Shown in pieces: positions 7,493-14,861 of a stretch of 46,745 nt of DNA (positions are counted from its first letter, which is position 1; the number at the start of each line of letters is the position of its first letter). This DNA is from a virus, in the IMG/VR virus record IMGVR_UViG_3300009481_000001, positions 1-46,745 of that record; one strand, written 5' to 3'. The notes under the pieces are model-generated. The model saw only the letters and a list, made by a program, of their open reading frames with translations. It had not been told where the DNA came from and did not search any database. Both the position numbers and the translations under genes were made by a program.

Positions 7493-8117
7493 CCCTCCGT
7501 GATTGCTTGAAACTCAGTGTGACAGAATGTCACCGGGCTTGCAACCGGGCCGGAGTAGCTTCGGAAACGGTAATCATGGAAGGGGCCGATATCACTACGG
7601 AAACGGGTGTTTGGCATGGAGGGACATGGAGGGGATCCCTTCCATCCTCCATGATTGCATGAAAGTATGGAGGGGGCCTAAACGCTAGACGTCTCTGGGG
7701 CCCCTTCCATGGGACGAAAACGGGGGAGGGGATGAATAATCTTAATCATTCTAGTAGCTTAGCTACTAACTACTACCGTATATGTTGAAAAAACACCCCT
7801 TGCTATCTGAAGTGTTGCAGGAGTGCGGAGATTCCATCTTTGCAGATTTTTTCACGCAATCGTGGAGGGAGTTAAAACGCGCAATCATGGAGGGGACGTT
7901 CAGAATTCAATAAGTAGCCTTTGTGTCTCTATTGAACCATGAACACTACTTCCATCATTGCCCAAACCCTCTAGAAGCCTGAAATCATTGGGTTTTCCGC
8001 GATTGCAGGGGACTTGCCGGGCCTAAAAGGCCAACGATATCAAGGGTTTAGCGATTTCAAGCAATCGTGGAAGGGCTGGGTGGGTATTTATTTACCTCAA
8101 GTCCAGCCCTTCCACGC
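7493..8117. repeat. iteron-like array, consensus GCAATC(A/G)TGGA(G/A)GGG, at least 6 full and at least 6 partial copies in both orientations
   Basis: Full copies are at 7493-7506(-), 7570-7585(+), 7645-7658(-), 7856-7870(+), 7881-7896(+) and 8061-8075(+). Partial copies are at 7614-7624, 7625-7635, 7665-7676, 7701-7713(-), 7949-7961(-), 7997-8006(-) and 8107-8117(-). Confidence 0.8.
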
Positions 8118-8121
8118 TCAC

Positions 8122-8586
8122 TCAGCGCGCAATAACGGTATGCAGGTCCGAAGAATCGAAGTAGTGCTCCGACTCGTCGATCTTGACGCACTGTCCGACG
8201 GTCACCGCTTCATCCTTCTTGACACGGGCCGGACGGGGTCCGATGAAGTCACGAGCGTACGGCGTCTTGACACGCCGATCGCGTCGGTACTGCTGAAGCT
8301 CACCGTGAGCAGGGCTCGGGGCCTGCCAGGACAGCAGACGCGAGCGCAGCGGCTTGATACCGGCACGTCGCACCTTCGTACGGCTAGGCTTTCGGTGGGC
8401 TACACCCTTGCACATGCGGAACAGCCGCTCAGCGCGCATGAACGATCGATCGAGGTCCGAGATCAGAGCCACGGGCGCCGACGTGTCATATCGGGCCGCA
8501 TCACGCTCGTTCTCGATGCAGACGTTCAGGCTCACCTTGCGGGCGCGGCGACGCTTATTGCGCCGTTTCTTCGATTGACGGCTCAT
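8122..8586 (-). CDS. highly basic hypothetical protein (154 aa), possible nucleic-acid binder
   Basis: ORF track. SD AAGGGAG lies 7 nt upstream of the ATG. The N-terminus reads SRQSKKRRNKRRRARK. The gene abuts the iteron array. Confidence 0.55.
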   Translation of the reverse strand: MSRQSKKRRNKRRRARKVSLNVCIENERDAARYDTSAPVALISDLDRSFMRAERLFRMCKGVAHRKPSRTKVRRAGIKPLRSRLLSWQAPSPAHGELQQYRRDRRVKTPYARDFIGPRPARVKKDEAVTVGQCVKIDESEHYFDSSDLHTVIAR

Positions 8587-8614
8587 GATGTCGCTCCCTT
8601 GTGGTTATGCAAGT

Positions 8615-8639
8615 CCTCTAGAATCTGAATGATGGGCCC
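8615..8639. repeat. 25-bp inverted-repeat arm (CCTCTAGAATCTGAATGATGGGCCC)
   Basis: 24 of 25 positions match the reverse complement of 8918..8942. A degenerate third copy lies at 7967..7992. Confidence 0.8.
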
Positions 8640-8645
8640 GATGGG

Positions 8646-8828
8646 TCACTGGTCGAGTAGGACGATCGCGCGCTCGTAGCGCAGCGCCATGGGAAGGAAA
8701 CCGATGTTTCCGCCGGGAGAGGTCTGAGCGAGACTGCGGTACAGCTTCGCAAGCTTTCGGTACTTGCGCCGACGCTCCGCCTTTTCGCGGCGCATCAACG
8801 CGAGGTCTGCCCCGCTCACAGCAGCCAT
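8646..8828 (-). CDS. hypothetical protein (60 aa)
   Basis: ORF track. The ATG overlaps the end of the small upstream ORF. Confidence 0.45.
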   Translation of the reverse strand: MAAVSGADLALMRREKAERRRKYRKLAKLYRSLAQTSPGGNIGFLPMALRYERAIVLLDQ

Positions 8829-8899
8829 CCGAAGAGCGCAATTGCGCTCATGGCGGCGGAGATCGCGAGGTAATCGTGGGCACTGAAGATCTGGTACAT
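8816..8899 (-). CDS. small hydrophobic peptide (27 aa)
   Basis: Not in the ORF track. Translation is MYQIFSAHDYLAISAAMSAIALFGWLL. The stop overlaps the start of 8646..8828. Confidence 0.3.
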   Translation of the reverse strand: MYQIFSAHDYLAISAAMSAIALFGWLL

Positions 8900-8917
8900 A
8901 GTTGCTCCGTTTCTACC

Positions 8918-8942
8918 GGGCCCATCATTCAGACTCTAGAGG
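8918..8942. repeat. 25-bp inverted-repeat arm (GGGCCCATCATTCAGACTCTAGAGG)
   Basis: Partner of 8615..8639. Together the arms bracket a 278-bp segment carrying the two small ORFs. Confidence 0.8.
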
Positions 8943-9500
8943 GGATCAAGACATCAATGATACGATCGACACTACTGACTGTCGATTCCTCTGGGCGATT
9001 CCATGTACCGGTTTACAGTACTCGCAGCTTTGTAGCGTTATTGCGTCGGAGCGCTCCGTTACGTCTTACGTTATTGCCTCGATAGAAGATCACAAGAGGC
9101 CGCGTCTGCATTTGGTAGGATGAATCAATAATTCAAAAGGCCGAGCCAGTGGTCGAACCCATGGATCCTTGCGCCGATCGCATCATTGATGCCTTGATCG
9201 TTTCTTTATTGGCCTTAATCTCGTTACCCCGCATGGAGCGGTCCTCTGAAGAGGAGGGATCCGGGCACTAGTTGTCAATGAACCAGGCGGATTAGGCACC
9301 TTGCGGCGCTACCGCTCCCAGGATTCTCGCCCTGGGAAGCTTCCTTGCGTCAGCGCAGCTAGGTATTGCCAGTGTCGTGCCACCTGGTAAACATAACGAA
9401 CGTTATCTTTTAAGTGCTTGATATTATTGAGGAATTTAATTTAACGGGACATATGTACAGTGAACGTACGTGCCCGATTTTCAGCAAAAATACGTGAAGT

Positions 9501-9707
9501 GCGACATGTATGTCGTGGTTGAGAGCGCAGAGAATCGTGAACCCAATGAAATCAAGGACTTACACAGCGACATTTATGTCGTGGTCGATCGGGCAAGTGC
9601 CTGCACGGGACCTTGCGTGCCCGATTGTACGTAAGTAGCTGTAATCATTAAGGATTCACCGCACTACTGTACATATGTACAGTAGAACCGCGACATAAAT
9701 GTCGCGG
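9501..9707. repeat. three palindromes CGACAT-NN-ATGTCG, each followed by (C/T)GGT(C/T)GA
   Basis: Located at 9502-9515, 9568-9581 and 9688-9707. The third has 9-bp arms (CCGCGACAT aa ATGTCGCGG). Confidence 0.75.
9665..9684. promoter_or_regulatory. perfect 16-bp palindrome CTGTACATATGTACAG inside a 20-mer resembling a proteobacterial LexA (SOS) box
   Basis: TACTGTACATATGTACAGTA matches the textbook TACTG(TA)5CAGTA consensus at 18 of 20 positions and keeps CTGT-N8-ACAG. Confidence 0.35.
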
Positions 9708-9750
9708 TCGAGTCAAGGCACTACCCTACGCACAAGGGGGTCAAAAGCCA

Positions 9751-9878
9751 TTAGGAAGCCGCTGAGGGGCCTTAGAATCGAGAATCCGCAGGATGCCCCC
9801 AGATCGATTTAAAAACATTCTGAGCTATAGGGGTATGTCCAAAAATCGAGAAATGCCTTAGGAAGCCGCTGAGGGGCC
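9751..9878 (+). repeat. 21-bp perfect direct repeat TTAGGAAGCCGCTGAGGGGCC (9751-9771 and 9858-9878)
   Basis: Read directly. Each copy is accompanied by an AATCGAGAA(A)T element. Confidence 0.8.
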
Positions 9879-10036
9879 CAGATCGGCGCTGTAAACATAT
9901 GTTCAGTGGTGAACAAAAATGCACGGGAACCACGTTGCCCGACGCGCTGGCATATACACACGAGTGTGTAACGCGAACGTACTCGCATAAAGGTAGATAC
10001 GCGCGCGAGGGCAGCGAGTGTATAGGTATGCACCGA

Positions 10037-10157
10037 TACATACGAACACACACCAATACACCCGGACCACATGAATGTGTGTTGGTATGTATTGGTATGT
10101 GTTAGTACATACGAGTGTGTAATGTGCTATGTGTGTATTGGTGTGTGTTCGTATGTA
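10037..10157. repeat. 25-bp perfect inverted repeat in CA/TG-rich DNA (10037-10061 and 10133-10157), 71-bp spacer
   Basis: TACATACGAACACACACCAATACAC and its exact reverse complement. Confidence 0.8.
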
Positions 10158-10190
10158 CGATTATGCATTGGTATATTCAAATACACATAG

Positions 10191-10220
10191 CACACACGAA
10201 TACACACGAATACACACGAA
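10191..10220 (+). repeat. tandem decamer (T/C)ACACACGAA x3
   Basis: Read directly. It is embedded in about 280 bp of alternating CA/TG-rich sequence upstream of the terminase genes. Confidence 0.8.
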
Positions 10221-10374
10221 TACGCTCGACGACCGGGCGCCACGTGTTAAATTCAATACTATCTAGACCCAACACATTTTTTCCAAAAATTCAGCCAAAA
10301 TTATATATTACATATTTGGCGGAAAATCATACCATGTCTGGATTCCACAGTAACAACGGGCACTTACAAGCCAC

Positions 10375-10403
10375 TTGACAAGCCCCTCGCGCATGTCTAC
10401 CCT
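10375..10403 (+). promoter_or_regulatory. sigma70-like promoter TTGACA-N17-TACCCT, predicted to give a leaderless small-terminase mRNA
   Basis: The -10 ends at 10403 and the ATG is at 10410, only 6 nt later and without an SD. An AT-rich tract at 10240-10330 lies upstream. Confidence 0.6.
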
Positions 10404-10409
10404 TTCCGT

Positions 10410-10721
10410 ATGGCCGACGAATCAAACCTCCTTGCGTTCCCGCCACGAGCGGACAGTAACCTACCGGCGAAGGCAGACGAGCGCATAAACATGCTCAGCA
10501 GTATCGGCGTCACTCATGAGAGCCTGCTTGCGAATCTGGCAGATATAGCACAGACCGGAACGAAAAGAGTGATCACTAAGGACGCTCAAGGCAGTGTGGT
10601 CAAGGAGGTTATCTCAGAGGACCCAGGCGTTCGCCTAGCTGCTACTGCTAAGCTTCTTGAAATCTTCGAACCCAAGCCGAAGCGCAGCAAGAGGGGATAC
10701 ATCGAGGAGACTGAGTGGTAA
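10410..10721 (+). CDS. putative small terminase subunit (103 aa)
   Basis: Small gene immediately upstream of, and overlapping, the large terminase (GTGGTAA). The call rests on position only. Confidence 0.45.
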   Translation: MADESNLLAFPPRADSNLPAKADERINMLSSIGVTHESLLANLADIAQTGTKRVITKDAQGSVVKEVISEDPGVRLAATAKLLEIFEPKPKRSKRGYIEETEW

Positions 10722-12949
10722 GCTGGTCGCTAGAAGACCTCTCTAAAGCAGTCATAAAGCGTTCATCTACGGACACTAGTGCTGTTGAGAGGGAGGAGAT
10801 CGACGGTCGTATTCGTACGGGTATGGACCTGCTGCGGTCGTTACTTCCAGCTAACCACTGGTACGTACAGCTTGCATACCGTGTAGTACGTGGAGGAATG
10901 CTCTCGGACGTCATCCTTCAGGCGTACGCGAAAGAGAATCCAGACGCGCTCCTACCGTCCGCGGATGTGATTGCAGCGTCGAAGAACGATGTAGCCATAG
11001 CGGATGATATCATCAAAGAGGATGGGTCGCAACTGACCACAAGACAGGGCACACGCGAGGAAGCGCGCAAGATGGCCCTGTTTGAGCCAATTAAGTGGTT
11101 CAAGACATTCTCAGTTGTAAACTCTGAGGAGACTTACACCGACGACAGAGGGTTAGTCAAGAAACGCATCAAGCCGTTTGACTTGACCAACAACGACCCT
11201 CGCTCAAGGTACCAGCTTAAGTGTTACGGCCCCTTTCTAGAGAGGTGGGCCAACGACGATCCACACGTACCGAAGACTAAGATTTACGTACGTAAGGGTC
11301 GTATTGTAAAGAAGACATACCTCAAGACCAACAAGCACTACATTGCTCGCATGAAGCCGCGCAAGGTTGGCAGCACCACGTTCGGTAAGAAGTTCAGTGT
11401 ACTGTGTGGTGCGAATATCGACAACTGGTCTACGCTGCTACACTTCCCAGGCAAGGAGGACGCGAAGGCGCACCTAAGGGATATCGCAGAAGACCTCAGG
11501 CATCTGCACGAGAACTGGCCGCATATCTACCCGCCACTCGTTCAGGAGAACTACACTGAAGGTAGATTGGTTCTGGCAAATGGGTCGAAGTGGGAGATCA
11601 GATACTCGGATGCGGTCGGTGTCATCAAGGTCGGTCACACTGGCTTCAATCTCGTAATTTTAAGTGAGGCTGGCAAGTATGAGCGGAAGGCTGGAGCACA
11701 GGCGTGGGACGACATCAACCAGGCGATCCTCCCCGCTGTATATCCATCGACGCGGAACGTAATCCTCTGGGAAGGAACGAACGACGCTCAGGCTGCTGAG
11801 ATCAACAGGATCGCCCTTCTCGACTACGTAGATTTCCAGTTCTTTGGGGCCTCGGAGCTACATTCAAACGTAGGACGTGCAATCAGTCCTGACGAGCAGG
11901 AGTCAACACCTGCCGGTCGATACGCAGATTTCGAGATCGACGACTCCGGCGAGCCGAAGTCCATACCAGAGCGAGACTATATAGCTAAGCTGAAGCTCAC
12001 TCCTGAGCAGTGCGGGTTCAGAAGGCGGAAGATCGACGAGTTGGGCGAGTTGATGCTCGTTCATATGGAGTATCCCTACACGTACGCAGAGTCTCTAGGG
12101 CTCGTAAGTGGCGGGTTCTTCATGCGAGTACAGCCTTCACGTACACCGGATAACATTGGTGAGCTTAGGTGGGCTGAGGTCACAGCAGTAGAGCCAACGG
12201 TTTGGACGCCAGTGGAGTTCGTGCCAACCCTTCGTGGAGAGTGGCACATGTGGGACCTCCCAACGCTCCCTGAAGGGGAGGACCCATACTATGCTGTAGC
12301 GTCTGACTTTGCTGACGGTCTGCCGGATTCGGACTATGCACCGATCGGGGTTGCCAGAGTCAACGATGGACGCCTATGTGCATGCAGGCGGTCTCGACTG
12401 GACCCAACGTCGTCAGCGGACGAGCTTGCTAAGGCTGTATCATATTTCGGCGTAAGCAGAACGTACGTCATCGGCGAGTTGAACAACCCAGGCAAACTGG
12501 CTGTAAACCGATGGGAGACTTACGGTCACGGGCTTAACTATACGCAGTACCGCAAGCCACGCGGATACACTGAAGAACTTGAAATGATCTGGTTCCTTAC
12601 ATCTCCGAAGAGTAGGGACCCGATCCTGATCGCACTCAGGAAGGCTTATCACCTCGACCAGCTACTCATTCCAGACGAGAGATTCGAGTGGGACGCAGAG
12701 GGCTTTGTAAAGAGCAAGACTGGTAAGTACGAAGCTCAAGCAGTCAAGTCCCCACGTACCGGGGAGCGGTACATGGACGACTACATAATGATGGCTGCCA
12801 TGCTCTGGGAACTCATTCAGTGGATGCGTGAGCGGGGGATGGGTCGAGAGATTCAGGCAGACAAGGAAAGCGTCATGCCTAGCACACTGCTAGGTACGCT
12901 ATCTCCAAACATACAGAAGATCATTAGAAAATCATCGGAGCGAAGATGA
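10715..12949 (+). CDS. terL: terminase large subunit
   Basis: 744 aa, directly upstream of the portal gene. Walker-A-like KPRKVGSTT, Walker-B-like FNLVILSEAG, and a C-terminal acidic nuclease-like segment (YAVASDFADG). Confidence 0.75.
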   Translation: MVSWSLEDLSKAVIKRSSTDTSAVEREEIDGRIRTGMDLLRSLLPANHWYVQLAYRVVRGGMLSDVILQAYAKENPDALLPSADVIAASKNDVAIADDIIKEDGSQLTTRQGTREEARKMALFEPIKWFKTFSVVNSEETYTDDRGLVKKRIKPFDLTNNDPRSRYQLKCYGPFLERWANDDPHVPKTKIYVRKGRIVKKTYLKTNKHYIARMKPRKVGSTTFGKKFSVLCGANIDNWSTLLHFPGKEDAKAHLRDIAEDLRHLHENWPHIYPPLVQENYTEGRLVLANGSKWEIRYSDAVGVIKVGHTGFNLVILSEAGKYERKAGAQAWDDINQAILPAVYPSTRNVILWEGTNDAQAAEINRIALLDYVDFQFFGASELHSNVGRAISPDEQESTPAGRYADFEIDDSGEPKSIPERDYIAKLKLTPEQCGFRRRKIDELGELMLVHMEYPYTYAESLGLVSGGFFMRVQPSRTPDNIGELRWAEVTAVEPTVWTPVEFVPTLRGEWHMWDLPTLPEGEDPYYAVASDFADGLPDSDYAPIGVARVNDGRLCACRRSRLDPTSSADELAKAVSYFGVSRTYVIGELNNPGKLAVNRWETYGHGLNYTQYRKPRGYTEELEMIWFLTSPKSRDPILIALRKAYHLDQLLIPDERFEWDAEGFVKSKTGKYEAQAVKSPRTGERYMDDYIMMAAMLWELIQWMRERGMGREIQADKESVMPSTLLGTLSPNIQKIIRKSSERR

Positions 12950-14859
12950 CGACGAACCCAAAGGGCCACAAGATGAACTTCCAGACCGCAGGTGGTAGTG
13001 ATACTCCGTGGTTCGACATCATCAAGGCCGACCACAAGATCCTCGCTGAGACGGCGTACAAGTACATCGATCAGGACGAGAAGCTACTGAACCGACAGGA
13101 GTCGTTCGCGGAGGATGACCCGAATAGGAACATCGCTCCGTACGCCCGTAGGATCGACCGCTTTGTGAGCGAGATTACGTGGCTCGGAGTTCAGCCGTGG
13201 CTTGACATCGAGCACGGCGACAAGTCCGGTGAGGATAACTCGCTGGCGCTCGAAGCGTTCCAAGAGCAACTCGGGTCTCGAATGGGGGCGAACGACCTGA
13301 TCGCGAAGGCGCACAGGAAATGCGTGTACTCTCCGGTCTCGTGGCTCAAGACCGCCATGCCGTTCAGCGTCTCGTGGCACCGAGGGTATCGAGACATCGC
13401 ATCGGTCGCTGTCGACCCGTCGAGAGACGCTCTCGATGATGGCGCCAACCAGCCTGAGTTCGAGGAGGTTCCTGAAGAGGACATTCCTGCGTTCAACGTG
13501 GAGGAGTTGGCACAGATCACTCCAGACGTGGCCGCGAAGGCGAAGATCAACGACATGCCGACGCTCGCGACCATGTCTACGCCACGCGCAGAGGTGGTCG
13601 ACCCTCGACATGTCGTCACTGATCCCCTGATTGGAGGGATCGACGAGGCGTACTACATCGCCCACCTGATCCTTCGCACCCCTCAGCAGGCTGCTATGGA
13701 CTTCGGTGGTCAGCCATCAGACTACCCAGACCGCCAGATCATCAAGAAGGTCACGGACGAAATCTCCATCGCCGGCGTGAAGACCCATAGCTTCCGCCCG
13801 ATGACGAACCAGGAACTCTGCGTCTTCGCCGAGGTCTACATCCGACAGGACCCGAAGAACCCTGAGATCGAGAACATGTGGGGACTCATGGACTTCTCGA
13901 CCGGACGCTGGATCAAGGAGCCGATCCAGATGGACACCCCTCTCCGTTGGACCATGATCCGCGCAGACCAGACGCATCCTCGCGTGTGGGAAGGCCCCTC
14001 ATACATCAGCATGGCGCGCGATGACATCGAGGATCTGGCATGGGTTCGTAAGCAGGTTCGTGAGCACGTTCGGTGGTCCGCGCAGGACGCAGCGTGGATC
14101 CCGAAGCAGGTCAAGATCCCCGCTGAGGTACTCGCTGAGATCGACGAAGGTCGGTTCACTCGACGGTACGTACAGTACGAAGGTCCGCGGTTCGACTTCG
14201 CTAAGTCTCATACTCGACCCATCCCTCCTGCATTGATCCAGATGGAGGAGTTGGCGAACTCTTCGTTCGCCCGGAACACAGGCGCAACGGGTACCGCTCA
14301 GGGACACGGCTCCTCAAACAAGGTGGCGACCGCGTTCAACCAGGAGCAGGCATTCATGGACAAGCGAGCCGCTGCCATGATGGTCAAGCTCTACAACGCG
14401 TACATTCAGGTGATGCTGATCGCTACGTGGCTGGTTCTGAACTACGGCGCATCGAAGTTCGTTGTACGCAAAAACGGTGTTCGATTCACTCTGGATCGAG
14501 ACATGGTCCGCGGCATTGCGGACTACTCGATCAAGGCAGTGAACCGCTCTGCTCAGGATCCGCTCTCTGCTAGACTGATGATGGTCCAGCAGTTGAAGGA
14601 ACTGTTCTCGAACCCGACACTACTTCAGCACTTCAACGCATCGGAGGTCGCTAAGCTTATCGCCGGTCTGAATGGCTGGCCGAGCAGCGTGCTCATGACG
14701 GCATCGCCCGAGGCACCCCCCACCCATCCCTCGCCTGGGACGGAAAACCCAGGAGAATCAGGCACTTCGGCGAGAATCGGGGATGGGGTTGACAGCCCTG
14801 GATCCGGAGCGCAGAATAGTGAAGAAGCAGCCGCGGGTGCGGCGCAGCGAGGAACGTAG
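12946..14859 (+). CDS. portal protein
   Basis: 637 aa, ATGA-coupled to terL. Size and position are typical of a portal, and the C-terminal tail is low-complexity and acidic. Confidence 0.7.
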   Translation: MTTNPKGHKMNFQTAGGSDTPWFDIIKADHKILAETAYKYIDQDEKLLNRQESFAEDDPNRNIAPYARRIDRFVSEITWLGVQPWLDIEHGDKSGEDNSLALEAFQEQLGSRMGANDLIAKAHRKCVYSPVSWLKTAMPFSVSWHRGYRDIASVAVDPSRDALDDGANQPEFEEVPEEDIPAFNVEELAQITPDVAAKAKINDMPTLATMSTPRAEVVDPRHVVTDPLIGGIDEAYYIAHLILRTPQQAAMDFGGQPSDYPDRQIIKKVTDEISIAGVKTHSFRPMTNQELCVFAEVYIRQDPKNPEIENMWGLMDFSTGRWIKEPIQMDTPLRWTMIRADQTHPRVWEGPSYISMARDDIEDLAWVRKQVREHVRWSAQDAAWIPKQVKIPAEVLAEIDEGRFTRRYVQYEGPRFDFAKSHTRPIPPALIQMEELANSSFARNTGATGTAQGHGSSNKVATAFNQEQAFMDKRAAAMMVKLYNAYIQVMLIATWLVLNYGASKFVVRKNGVRFTLDRDMVRGIADYSIKAVNRSAQDPLSARLMMVQQLKELFSNPTLLQHFNASEVAKLIAGLNGWPSSVLMTASPEAPPTHPSPGTENPGESGTSARIGDGVDSPGSGAQNSEEAAAGAAQRGT

Positions 14860-14861
14860 GA

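Larger units (their letters stand above)
9449..9914 (+). repeat. three direct copies of ACATATGT(A/T)CAGT-N0-3-GAAC spaced 222 and 224 bp apart
   Basis: Copies start at 9449, 9671 and 9895. Confidence 0.7.

Noticed and set aside
7375-7688. 80-aa (-) and 61-aa (+) ORFs
   Set aside because: They are made of iteron copies and hairpin sequence, have no SD, and overlap each other. They are treated as noncoding.
8014-8628. 204-aa plus-strand ORF starting in the iteron array
   Set aside because: It starts at TTG inside repeats and its translation does not look like a real protein. The opposite-strand 154-aa ORF has a good SD (AAGGGAG) and a coherent basic-protein sequence.
9130-9220. tRNA-like GGTCGAACCC segment
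   Set aside because: No acceptor, D or anticodon stems can be paired around it on either strand, and the T-loop consensus GTTCGAATC is not met.
9308-9361. Nested stem-loop (GCGCTACCGC ... TCCCAGG/CCTGGGA ... GCGTCAGCGC) as a structured ncRNA
   Set aside because: The outer stem is imperfect (8 of 10 pairs). There is no promoter or terminator context and no way to test covariation here. It is noted only as part of the gene-poor region.
9449-9914. Possible CRISPR-like array from the repeated elements
   Set aside because: Only two or three copies exist per family. The spacings are irregular or too long (67, 107, 122 and about 223 bp). The repeats belong to different families and several are simple palindromes. 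No cas genes are present.
9772-10378. Several 68-94-aa ORFs on both strands (9772..10056, 9809..10072, 9899..10105, 10115..10378)
   Set aside because: They translate the CA/TG low-complexity and repeat DNA into Cys/Val/His/Thr-rich strings, overlap one another, and lack ribosome-binding sites.
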